This document shows positions 41,260 through 49,440 of a stretch of 64,000 nucleotides of DNA, one piece after another. Every line of letters starts with the position of its first letter. Position 1 is the stretch's first letter. Position numbers and translations under genes: made by a program. The notes under the pieces were generated by a model. The model was given only the letters and a program-made list of their open reading frames with translations, was not told the DNA's origin and made no database searches. The DNA comes from Deltaproteobacteria bacterium (GTDB lineage: Bacteria; Desulfobacterota; Binatia; HRBIN30; CADEER01), in assembly GCA_033764095.1 (NCBI GenBank), contig JANRJF010000254.1, forward strand, positions 12,338 to 76,337, in the 5' to 3' direction.

Positions 41260-42160
41260 GGCCGGCGTCGAGCTGGTCGGCGTCGAGGCGGTCGGCGCCG
41301 GCCCTGCACAGCGCCGCGCTCGCGTCCTCCCAGACCAGCACCCGCTGCCCGCGCCCGAGGGCGGCGCGGGCACAGCGCTCGACCTCGCCGCCGGGCCGGG
41401 CGCTGATCACCACCACCAGGTCGCCGAGCGCTGCCAGCAACGCGTCGCGGCGCCGTCCGGAGCGCGGAACGGCGTGATCATCGGGTCGGAACGGCGACAG
41501 CACCAGCGTGTGGAACGGGTCGAAGCGGCCGTGCTGCGGGCCCAGTCCGAACGGATCGCGCTGCAGGTCGCCACCAAAGGCGGCGAGCAGGCCGCGGTCG
41601 AGGACCACCAACCGCCCGCCATTGAGCGCGCGGGCGGTGGCCGCGGCGATGCGATGCGGCGTCTTCATGCCGCCGACCACCACCGCCAGACCATCGGCGG
41701 CGGCGGCGCGGGTGACGCGCAAGGTGGCGGTGACGCTGGCGTCGCTGACCAGGCGCGAGTGGAGCAGCGCGACGCTGGGCCGTCGGGCGAGGGCGGCATT
41801 GCCGTACATGGTGGCGATCGGCGGCGGCTCGGCGCGCTGTCGCCAGCCGTCCGGATACGCCGCGTCGTCCGGCTGGCAGAGGGAGACGCCGGCCTCGGCC
41901 AGGCGCTGCGCCAGCGCAGCGCACCGCGCGCGGTGTCGGGAATGATCCTCGCCGAGGCGGCGCAACGCCGCCGCCGGCAGTCGCAAGCGCGCGGGCAGCG
42001 CCGTCTCCAGTCGGCCGTACAGCTGCGCCAGCGGCGTCTGGGTGCGGCGGGCGTACTCCTGCAGCGCGCGCAGGCGCTGTTCGCCGACCCGCGGCAGCTC
42101 GGCGAGGGAGAGCAGGGCGAACGTCGACTCGTCGTGCATCGGCGAGTCGCTGTTAGACAA
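41222..42160 (-). CDS. Divergent DprA/Smf-like (SLOG-fold) protein
   Basis: N-terminal HhH-like segment (LAELPRVGEQRLRAL) and a Rossmann-like core collinear with DprA, but the GID..AH motif reads GMKTPHRIAAATA. Its 3' end overlaps the convergent phosphoesterase gene by 38 nt. Confidence 0.45.
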   Translation of the reverse strand: MSNSDSPMHDESTFALLSLAELPRVGEQRLRALQEYARRTQTPLAQLYGRLETALPARLRLPAAALRRLGEDHSRHRARCAALAQRLAEAGVSLCQPDDAAYPDGWRQRAEPPPIATMYGNAALARRPSVALLHSRLVSDASVTATLRVTRAAAADGLAVVVGGMKTPHRIAAATARALNGGRLVVLDRGLLAAFGGDLQRDPFGLGPQHGRFDPFHTLVLSPFRPDDHAVPRSGRRRDALLAALGDLVVVISARPGGEVERCARAALGRGQRVLVWEDASAALCRAGADRLDADQLDAGLRRWMPAPARTG

Positions 42161-42205
42161 TCGCGTCTAAAATGACAACCGCATGCGGCCCGCGCACCGG
42201 AGGGG

Positions 42206-42394
42206 TCAGCGGCGCAGGTGGCGGTACTGGTCGGACTTTTCGCGACGCAGCGCGGAGAGACGGTTGTCGGCGTCACGTTGGATGCGCGACTTGCGATGCA
42301 GGAGGGCGTAGAGCACCAAGGCGCCGACGGCGACCCCCACCCCGACCATCGGGTGGGTGGACACTAAATCGACGAACGGCTTGAGTTGGTCCAT
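42206..42394 (-). CDS. Small single-pass membrane protein (hypothetical)
   Basis: 62 aa with one TM helix (MVGVGVAVGALVLYALL) and a basic tail. GC3-rich frame. Confidence 0.35.
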   Translation of the reverse strand: MDQLKPFVDLVSTHPMVGVGVAVGALVLYALLHRKSRIQRDADNRLSALRREKSDQYRHLRR

Positions 42395-42595
42395 GCGCGT
42401 CCCCTGCGAAGGCAGAGGCTAGCGCCGTGTTCCGCGTGCTCAACCGGGAAATTCCGAAATCGACCAGTCTGCAGCAAAGCGTCGCATCGCTGCATCGCTT
42501 GCGTCCGAGATGGACGATATGCGGCCGCGCACGCGCCATTCTGTGCGTTGCAAAGCGAGCAAGGGTGTCGCATATCCTCGCAACACTTCATCTCC

Positions 42596-45169
42596 ATGGG
42601 GCGTGGTGACGCGACGGGCGCTGACCCGAGCAGGGGCACGGGCGACGCGGTGAGCGCCAGTCGATCTCGGCCTGTGTTGCTGCGCCGGCTGGCGCTGGCG
42701 GTCCTGGTGGCCGGTTTGTCGAGCTTCGCCTCCGGCCTCGCGTCCGCTCAGGAGGTGCGCGGCGACGCCAACTGTGACGGAGTGGTGAGCCAGGCCGACC
42801 TGCCGGCGCTCAGCTCCGCCCTGTTCCTCGGTAGCGTCTGTGCGACCGCCGACGTCAACCAGGACGGGCGACTGTCGGCCGCCGACCTGGTGGCGCTGAT
42901 CCAAGTGCTGGCCGCGTCGCCCACGCCCAGCCCGAGCGCGACCGCCAGTGCCACGCCGAGCGGGGTGGCAACAGCGACCGCGACGCAGAGTCCCACGTCG
43001 CCTTTGCCGAGTGCCACCGCCAGCGCGACCGCGAGTGCCACCGGGGTCGCCACCGCGACCGCGACATCGCTGGCGACCGCGACGGCGACCGCGACGCGCA
43101 CTGCCGAGGCGACGGCGACCTCGATGGCAGCAACGGCGACGGCGACCTCGGTGGCCGCAACGGCGACGGCGACCTCGGTGGCAACCACAACCGCCAGCGA
43201 CACGCCGACGCCGCTAGCCACCGACACCGGCACGCTCGTCGCCAGCCCGACGCCGACCGCAACCGCCAGCGTGCCGACCGAAACGCCGCTCGAGGCGACC
43301 GCCACCCCGGAGCGCAGTCCCACCGCCACATCCGATCCCAGTCCGACCGAGACCGGGACGCTGCACCCGACCGCTACCGCGACCTCGACGGCGAGTGCAA
43401 CCGGATCGGCGACGCCGACCGAAGTGGTGGCGCCGACGAGCACGGCGACCGGCTCGCCGAGCGCGACCGCGCCGCCGCCGTCGATGACACACACCGCCTC
43501 ACCGACCAACTCGGCGCTTCCGAGCGCCAGTCCGACCGAGACCGTCAGTCCGACGCGAACGCAGAGTGCGACCCGCACCGCGAGCGCGACGCGGACGCCG
43601 ACCGAAACGCGCACGCCCACCGTCACCCGCACCGGCACACTGCCGGCGACCGACACTCCCACCGCGACCGGCTCCCCGACGCGTACGGAGACGCGCACGG
43701 CGACGGTGACGCGTAGCGCGACGCCGGCGTCCACGCTGACGCCGACCAGGACCGCGACCGAAACGCGCACGCCGACCGAGCCGGCATCCCCGACCCGCAC
43801 GCACACGGTTCCGGCGAACGCTACCGAGACGCGCACCTCGACGCCGACCCGCACCGAGACCGTCACCCGAACCGAAACCGAGACGCGCACGCCGGTGCCG
43901 CCGACGGCGACGCGCACGCCGAGCTTCACCGGCACCGTCACCCGTACGGCCACCTCGGCCCCGTCGGCGAGCCCGACGCGCACTGAGACGGCCTTGCCGG
44001 CCAGCGTCACGGCGACCCCGACACTGACCCCATCGCGAACGGCGACTGCCAGCTTCACTGGTACGCAGACCCGCACCGAGACGCCGACGCGCACCCCGAC
44101 CGCGACGCGCACCGATACGCCGCTGCCGCCGCCTACCGCCACCGGCACGCCGCTGCCGTCAGAAACCGCGACCCGCACCGGGACGGCGACGCGCACCGAT
44201 TCGCCCAGCCGCACGCCGACTCGCACCGCGACGTTGACGCCCACCGGCACAGAGACGCGAACGCTGACGCCAACGCGCACCATCACGCCGACGCCGAGCG
44301 CGACCAACACGTTGACGCCGATCTTCTCCTTGACGCCGACGCTGACCCGCACGCTGACGCCGACCGGCACGCCGACGCGCACGCAGACCAACTCCCCGAC
44401 GCCGACCTTCAGCTTCACGTTCGTGCCGACGCGCACGTCGACGATCACACGGACGCCGACCATCACCCGCACCGCGACGCGAACCTCGACGATCACGCCC
44501 ACGCCGACCGTCACCCGGACGCCGACACCGACTTCGGCCCTGGCCGGTCCGCGGGTCAGCTTCGCCGGCGCGATCTCACAGGATGGTTGTCAGTCGTGCT
44601 GCCAGTTTATTTGTCAGCTGACGCCAACCCCGACACCCATCATCGAGAATGGCCGCGAGGTCTTCGTCCGCGACGTCGGCCAGTTCCTCTTCGTCGTCGA
44701 AGGCCAGCGCGGACCCTCCAACCAGAACCCCGGTCTCAACGTGAACCCCGACGGAACCGATCGCGGCGACCTGCAGATCCTGGTCAGCCGCTCGACCGGC
44801 GCCATCGACGATCCGGCCGGATTCGGCAGCGCCGCCGTCTGCGACATGGGCCCGCCGCCGCTGCCATTCGGCGGCGTGCCGGGCGTCAACCCGCCGGTGT
44901 TCCTCCCCGGCGACGCGATCACCCATGCCATTCAAGACATGGAGTGTCGTTTCACCGCGATTCCACTCAGCGCGATCAGCGGTGCCTGCACGCGCAAGTC
45001 GAACGGCGACTTTGGATTCATCAGCAACCAGACGCGTACACAATACTGCTACCAGGTGCCGATGACCGGCGCCTTCCAGGTCGGCGACACGCTGGTGTCG
45101 GTGCAGTTGCGCGACGTCGGCGGCAACATCGGGCCGACCAAGGAATTCATCATCCGCGTCCTGCCCTGA
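42596..45169 (+). CDS. TR-A: secreted giant protein with dockerin-like Ca-loops, about 540 aa of Thr-rich period-2 low complexity, and a conserved unnamed C-terminal domain
   Basis: One uninterrupted frame. It contains a signal peptide (LALAVLVAGLSSFASGLASAQE), GDANCDGVVSQADL...ADVNQDGRLSAADLVALI, long T-x-T-x tracts, and a C-terminal domain shared with TR-B. An alternative GTG start lies at 42651. Confidence 0.8.
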   Translation: MGRGDATGADPSRGTGDAVSASRSRPVLLRRLALAVLVAGLSSFASGLASAQEVRGDANCDGVVSQADLPALSSALFLGSVCATADVNQDGRLSAADLVALIQVLAASPTPSPSATASATPSGVATATATQSPTSPLPSATASATASATGVATATATSLATATATATRTAEATATSMAATATATSVAATATATSVATTTASDTPTPLATDTGTLVASPTPTATASVPTETPLEATATPERSPTATSDPSPTETGTLHPTATATSTASATGSATPTEVVAPTSTATGSPSATAPPPSMTHTASPTNSALPSASPTETVSPTRTQSATRTASATRTPTETRTPTVTRTGTLPATDTPTATGSPTRTETRTATVTRSATPASTLTPTRTATETRTPTEPASPTRTHTVPANATETRTSTPTRTETVTRTETETRTPVPPTATRTPSFTGTVTRTATSAPSASPTRTETALPASVTATPTLTPSRTATASFTGTQTRTETPTRTPTATRTDTPLPPPTATGTPLPSETATRTGTATRTDSPSRTPTRTATLTPTGTETRTLTPTRTITPTPSATNTLTPIFSLTPTLTRTLTPTGTPTRTQTNSPTPTFSFTFVPTRTSTITRTPTITRTATRTSTITPTPTVTRTPTPTSALAGPRVSFAGAISQDGCQSCCQFICQLTPTPTPIIENGREVFVRDVGQFLFVVEGQRGPSNQNPGLNVNPDGTDRGDLQILVSRSTGAIDDPAGFGSAAVCDMGPPPLPFGGVPGVNPPVFLPGDAITHAIQDMECRFTAIPLSAISGACTRKSNGDFGFISNQTRTQYCYQVPMTGAFQVGDTLVSVQLRDVGGNIGPTKEFIIRVLP

Positions 45170-45464
45170 TGGGCATCGCCGGCGCCGTCCGCAGCGACTC
45201 ACGCTGCGGTCGCCGGCGTGACCGAAACGCTGAATCTTGCCAGTTCGGCACCTGGCTGCCGGATCGGCCCCCTCCGCTCAGTCGGCAAAATCATATTTGC
45301 CGCCCCGCCATTTTGTGGCATACACCGTGCCTGCCAAAACGGCGGCGCGTGCAGCGGATGATGCTTTTTGGGAACAGACAACCGGTCGGGAGCGCGGACG
45401 GCGCCCTCTACCGCCAGCGAAGCGGCCGATGGATGCCAGAATCCACCGCTGCCGGACATCTCAC

Positions 45465-45504
45465 CCCTTTTCCGCTTGACTGCGTGGCAGCAAATTGCGA
45501 TAAG
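45465..45504 (+). promoter_or_regulatory. Conserved upstream motif plus sigma70-like promoter candidate for the P3-P6 operon
   Basis: cccttttccgcttgac (45465-45480) is identical to the minus strand of 22805-22820. TTGACT (45476-45481), a 17-nt spacer, then GATAAG (45499-45504), about 75 nt upstream of the P3 ATG. Confidence 0.4.
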
Positions 45505-45578
45505 CCGTCACGCGTTGAAGGGGCGAGGTTCGGACCCCGGTAACGCATATGGGTGCAGTTACCGAAAGGAGGCGTGCA

Positions 45579-47063
45579 ATGCGAGTGCAGAAGCGAAGCC
45601 CGTGGCTGACTGGCCTGGGAGTGGTGCTGACGGCCATGGCGCTGTGGGGAGCGCAGGCTCGAGCGGAAGTCTCCTCCGACAAGCCTGGGTCGGTGGTGAT
45701 GTGGCCAAAGGTGATTGCGGATGGAACCCGCGACACCCTCATCACGCTGACCAACACGCTCAACTTTACTGCGTACGCGCATTGCGAGTACGTCCAGGCG
45801 CTCGGCCTGTGTTCGATCACGGGAGATTTCTGTGATCCACAGGCCACTGTCGATGGTTCGCCGGGCATCTGTCCGGCAGTCGCCGGCAACGTCTGTGTCG
45901 ATCAGTGGCAGACGGCGAACTTCGACGTCGTCCTGACCCGCCAGCAGCCGACGATCTGGCGCGTGTCGACCGGCCGTATTTACGATCCGTTCCTGCTGAC
46001 CGACGGCGTCTGCCAGGACATCCCGGGCGTTCCGCTGCGGCAGTCCTGCCCCGGTCTCTTCCTGATCGGCCAGGTCCCGCCGGCGCCGGATCAGCCGTTC
46101 CGCGGCGAGCTGCGCTGCTTCCAGGTCGCTTCCGACGGCACGCCGCTGCCTGCCAACGGCCTGAAGGGCGAGGCGGTGATCGAGACGCTGCCGACTACCG
46201 ATCTGCCGGTGAACACGCAGATCAGCAAGTACAACTCGATCAACGTCGAAGGTCTCGATGCTCCGTCGATCGACGGCATCCTGCGCCTGAACGACATCGA
46301 GTACAGCGCCTGTCCGGAGGCGGTCGAGGTTACGCACTACGCGCAGGGCGCCAACGTCCTGGACACCCCGGCCGGCTTCACGGGGTGCAGCGGAACCGGT
46401 TGCCCGGTCAACACGGAGATCACCCTGATCCCGTGCCGCGCCGACTTCACCAACGAGGTCGGTGCCCGCTTCGCGACGGACATTCGCTACACCAACGAGT
46501 TCGAGCAGACCCTGTCGGTCGAGCCGACGTTCGATTGCTGGGCGAACTTCGACCTGCGCGACCTGCCTTTCGCACCCGCCTCGCTGAGCGGCACCACGTT
46601 CCAGCGCACCCGCCTGATTCCGACTGGCTCGGGTAACTGCATCTCCGGCGATACCTCGCTCAATGGTGAGGAGAACGGCCCCTGCGCCGACGACGCCGAC
46701 TGCGGCACCGGCGGCGTCTGCGGTCCGGTGACCGGCATCCTCGCGGTGGTTGAAGAGTTCTACAGCTCTGACGCCTCCCTGGCCGTCCCGCCGACCGCCC
46801 CGACTGGAACCGCGGCATCGAACGGCTACTCGGTTGATTTCAACCGCGACAACAACCTGGGGCGCCCCGGCCACTGCCGCGGCGATCTGACGGAGGAGTG
46901 CACCACGGACGCCGATTGCGGGACCGGCCTGTGCCGAATCAACACGACGGTCTCCTGCATGAGCGACGCGACGTGCGCTGCGCTCGATCCGACTGACTTC
47001 TGCGATCGCTGCATGAACGACGAGATCGCGACCGAGTCCGGTCCGATCGTCATCGTCCAGTGA
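45579..47063 (+). CDS. Secreted Cys-rich protein, uncharacterised paralog family, P3 (divergent, with C-terminal Cys-module extension)
   Basis: GAAAGGAGG RBS and a signal peptide ending AQARA/EV. Family motifs MWPKVI, DTLITLTNT, AHCEYV, WQTANFDVVLTRQQP, PFRGELRCFQ, NGLKGEAVI, SKYNSI, LIPCRADF, NEFEQTLS. The C-terminus has extra C..DADCGTG.C modules. Confidence 0.8.
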   Translation: MRVQKRSPWLTGLGVVLTAMALWGAQARAEVSSDKPGSVVMWPKVIADGTRDTLITLTNTLNFTAYAHCEYVQALGLCSITGDFCDPQATVDGSPGICPAVAGNVCVDQWQTANFDVVLTRQQPTIWRVSTGRIYDPFLLTDGVCQDIPGVPLRQSCPGLFLIGQVPPAPDQPFRGELRCFQVASDGTPLPANGLKGEAVIETLPTTDLPVNTQISKYNSINVEGLDAPSIDGILRLNDIEYSACPEAVEVTHYAQGANVLDTPAGFTGCSGTGCPVNTEITLIPCRADFTNEVGARFATDIRYTNEFEQTLSVEPTFDCWANFDLRDLPFAPASLSGTTFQRTRLIPTGSGNCISGDTSLNGEENGPCADDADCGTGGVCGPVTGILAVVEEFYSSDASLAVPPTAPTGTAASNGYSVDFNRDNNLGRPGHCRGDLTEECTTDADCGTGLCRINTTVSCMSDATCAALDPTDFCDRCMNDEIATESGPIVIVQ

Positions 47064-47098
47064 TGCGCCGGCGTCGAGACGAGAGAAGGAGAAGGGCG

Positions 47099-48247
47099 AT
47101 GCTGAGCATGAAGAAGGTTCTCCTGGGAGTGGCGGCGCTCACCGGCCTGGTCCTGTCGGCGCCGGCGCAGGCGGAGACGTTCTCCGATACGGGCGCGGCG
47201 GTGCTGGTCTGGCCGACCATCATCGTGTCCGAGGATTACGACACGATCGTCACGATGACCAACCAGGCCGCGGTGCCAAGCGCGGCTCACTGCTTCTACG
47301 TCAATGCCAACAACCGCTGCTCGAACACCGGCGAAGTCTGTGAGGACTCGTCGGAATGTGAGGACGGCGGATTCTTCGGCGCCTGCCTGCCGGGCTGGAT
47401 CGAGATCAACTTCGACGTCCTGCTCACCCGCGATCAGCCGCTCGGCTGGAGCGCCGCCGACGGCCTGAGTGGTTCGGGACTGCCGTGCCCGGGCGGCATC
47501 GGCAGCATCTGCAGCGGCAACGGTGGCACGCGCGTTCCGCCGGTCGGCGAAGTTCCCTTCGTCGGCGAGCTCAAGTGCATCCAGTCGGATCCGATCACCC
47601 GCCTGCCGTTCCCGTGCAACGATGCAAATCCGCTGAACCGCTGCCGCAACGACCTCGAGGGTGGCGCGACGATCACGGGTTTCAATCCCAACAACGGCGA
47701 GATCGATCCGGAGCGCTACAACGCGGTCGGCCTCCGCTCCGCTGGCCAGAACAACGGTGACAGCCTGCTGGTCATCGGTGGACCGCCGGCACAGGCCGAG
47801 TACCAGCCCTGCTCCGAGGTCCTGGTGTTCAATCACATGTTCGACGGGGCGGTCGATCCGGTGAATCCGGACAATGAATTCGCCTCCACGCTCAGCCTGG
47901 TTCCCTGCACGGAGAACTTCCTGACCCAGTCGGTTCCCCGCGTGACGGCACAGTTCCTGGTCTACAATGAATTCGAGCAGCGCTTCTCGACCAGCCGCCT
48001 GGTCAACTGCCTGCTGACCAGCGACATCTCCAACATCGACACGACGCAGTCCGACCGCTCGATCTTCAGTGCGGCAGTCGCCGGCACAGTGGCCGGCCAG
48101 ACGCGCATCACCGGAGTTGGTGGCGGCCTGATCGGCAATGCGGTTCTGTTTACGTTCAACGATTCACTGCTGGCCGCCTCGGGTGCTGGCTACAACCTGA
48201 ATCAGTTTGCGGACCGCGTCGATCCGGACTTCATCAGCATTCCGTGA
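47099..48247 (+). CDS. Secreted Cys-containing protein, uncharacterised paralog family, P4 (type A)
   Basis: GAGAAGGAGAAGG RBS and a signal peptide ending PAQA/ET. Motifs DTIVTMTN, AHCFYVN, GWIEINFDVLLTRDQP, PFVGELKCIQ, LVPCTENF, LVYNEFEQRFSTS. Confidence 0.8.
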   Translation: MLSMKKVLLGVAALTGLVLSAPAQAETFSDTGAAVLVWPTIIVSEDYDTIVTMTNQAAVPSAAHCFYVNANNRCSNTGEVCEDSSECEDGGFFGACLPGWIEINFDVLLTRDQPLGWSAADGLSGSGLPCPGGIGSICSGNGGTRVPPVGEVPFVGELKCIQSDPITRLPFPCNDANPLNRCRNDLEGGATITGFNPNNGEIDPERYNAVGLRSAGQNNGDSLLVIGGPPAQAEYQPCSEVLVFNHMFDGAVDPVNPDNEFASTLSLVPCTENFLTQSVPRVTAQFLVYNEFEQRFSTSRLVNCLLTSDISNIDTTQSDRSIFSAAVAGTVAGQTRITGVGGGLIGNAVLFTFNDSLLAASGAGYNLNQFADRVDPDFISIP

Positions 48248-48291
48248 CGGGTCGCATCTGTAGCGCGTGGCTTCCTGAAGGAGGAGAACCC

Positions 48292-49386
48292 ATGAGTACG
48301 GTTAAGGGACTGCGAGCCGGCGTGATGGCGAGCATCCTCGCGGGGGTGGCGCTGGCGGCCGGAATCGCCCAGGCGCAGAACTTCTCGACCGAGCAGCCCG
48401 GTTCGATTCTGATCTTTCCGAAGGTGGTGAACACCTCGGACACGATCATCCAGATCACCAATACCGACAACAGCGTCGCATACGCGCACTGCTTCTACGT
48501 CAACGGCGCGTCGGTGAACGGACAGCCGCTGTGGCAGGTGACGGACTTCGAGCTCACCCTGACGCGGCAGCAGCCTACGCACTGGGCGGCGAGCACCGGC
48601 CGTGCCGTCAATCCGCAGGACGGCGTCCCGGGTATCGACCCGGGTCTGGTTCCGCCGGTCGCGCCGGGATTCACCGGCTACCTCACCTGTGTCGAAACCC
48701 TGGCTGACGGCACTCCGACCAGCGGCAACCATCTCATCGGTGTTGCCACGGTGGGTGAGATCAACGGCCTCGGCGGTGGTGCGAACATCGTGAGCAAGTA
48801 CAACGCGATCGCCATCCCGGGTTGCAACGGTGATGATGGTCCGTGCGGCGACACCGGAGAGTCGAACGACGGCAACAACATCCTCGAGCTAAACAACGTC
48901 GAGTATGCCCGTTGCCCCGGCGGCGTGTACCTGAACTTCCAGTCGGAGGGCGGTCCGGATCCGGCCCTGGCGGGAGCCGGGAATGTCGCCTCGACGGTCA
49001 GCACGGATCTCACCTTGGTGCCCTGCGGGATCGACTTCGAGAACCTCATCCCCGAGTCGACGACGCTGAGCGCCGAGATCCGGGACGAGTTCGAGAACCG
49101 CACCTCGATCACGGCGATCGACATCGATTGCTTCTTCGACGAGCCCCTGAGCTCACCGCTCTTCTCGGGCCAGTTCGTGCTGCCAACGGCTTTCGGATCG
49201 GCGATTCTTCGTCCGCAGGCAGGGACGGGGAACGTCCCGGCGGTTGGCGTGGCCAACGTGCTTCGTACGGCGGATGACGGTACGCAGGACACGGCGGCGA
49301 CGAACCTGCACTTCTGCACGGACCAGGATCCGCCGGCGCTGTGTGTGCCGGTCGACTCCGAGATCCGGCTGCCGACCTTCCAGTGA
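48292..49386 (+). CDS. Secreted Cys-containing protein, uncharacterised paralog family, P5 (type B)
   Basis: GAAGGAGGAG RBS and a signal peptide ending IAQA/QN. Close paralog of P2 (ILIFPKVV, DTIIQITNT, AHCFYVNGA, PLWQVTDFELTLTRQQPTHW, LTLVPCGIDF). Confidence 0.8.
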   Translation: MSTVKGLRAGVMASILAGVALAAGIAQAQNFSTEQPGSILIFPKVVNTSDTIIQITNTDNSVAYAHCFYVNGASVNGQPLWQVTDFELTLTRQQPTHWAASTGRAVNPQDGVPGIDPGLVPPVAPGFTGYLTCVETLADGTPTSGNHLIGVATVGEINGLGGGANIVSKYNAIAIPGCNGDDGPCGDTGESNDGNNILELNNVEYARCPGGVYLNFQSEGGPDPALAGAGNVASTVSTDLTLVPCGIDFENLIPESTTLSAEIRDEFENRTSITAIDIDCFFDEPLSSPLFSGQFVLPTAFGSAILRPQAGTGNVPAVGVANVLRTADDGTQDTAATNLHFCTDQDPPALCVPVDSEIRLPTFQ

Positions 49387-49440
49387 GTTGGGACGGTGGG
49401 TGACGAGATGAAGCGCGCAGGCAGGGAAAGGAGTCACGAG

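Noticed and set aside
42748-44514. 588-aa minus-strand ORF (VGVRV-rich) and several other ORFs across the TR-A and TR-B repeats. Also considered whether the repeats could be a CRISPR array or a tandem-repeat locus.
   Set aside because: It is the mirror image of the ACS-NNS periodic coding tract. The plus-strand frame is the one that joins a signal peptide, a dockerin-like segment and a conserved C-terminal domain. There are no constant-length exact direct repeats with unique spacers, so it is not CRISPR.
45316-45331. Sigma54-like sequences upstream of P3: TGGCATacaccGTGC at 45316-45330 and TGGCAGcaaaTTGC at 45485-45498.
   Set aside because: The first has the correct GG-N10-GC spacing but a weak -12 element, and lies about 250 nt from the start. 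The second has GG-N9-GC spacing, one nt too short. No equivalent is found upstream of P2, and no EBP-type activator is in the window.
46869-46895. RGD tripeptides (HCRGDLTEEC in P3; MGRGD at the TR-A N-terminus; VRGDANCDG) considered as ligands for the integrin-like FG-GAP propeller.
   Set aside because: RGD is a 3-aa string expected by chance in Arg/Gly/Asp-rich proteomes. It is not conserved among the paralogs, and one copy lies before the signal peptide.
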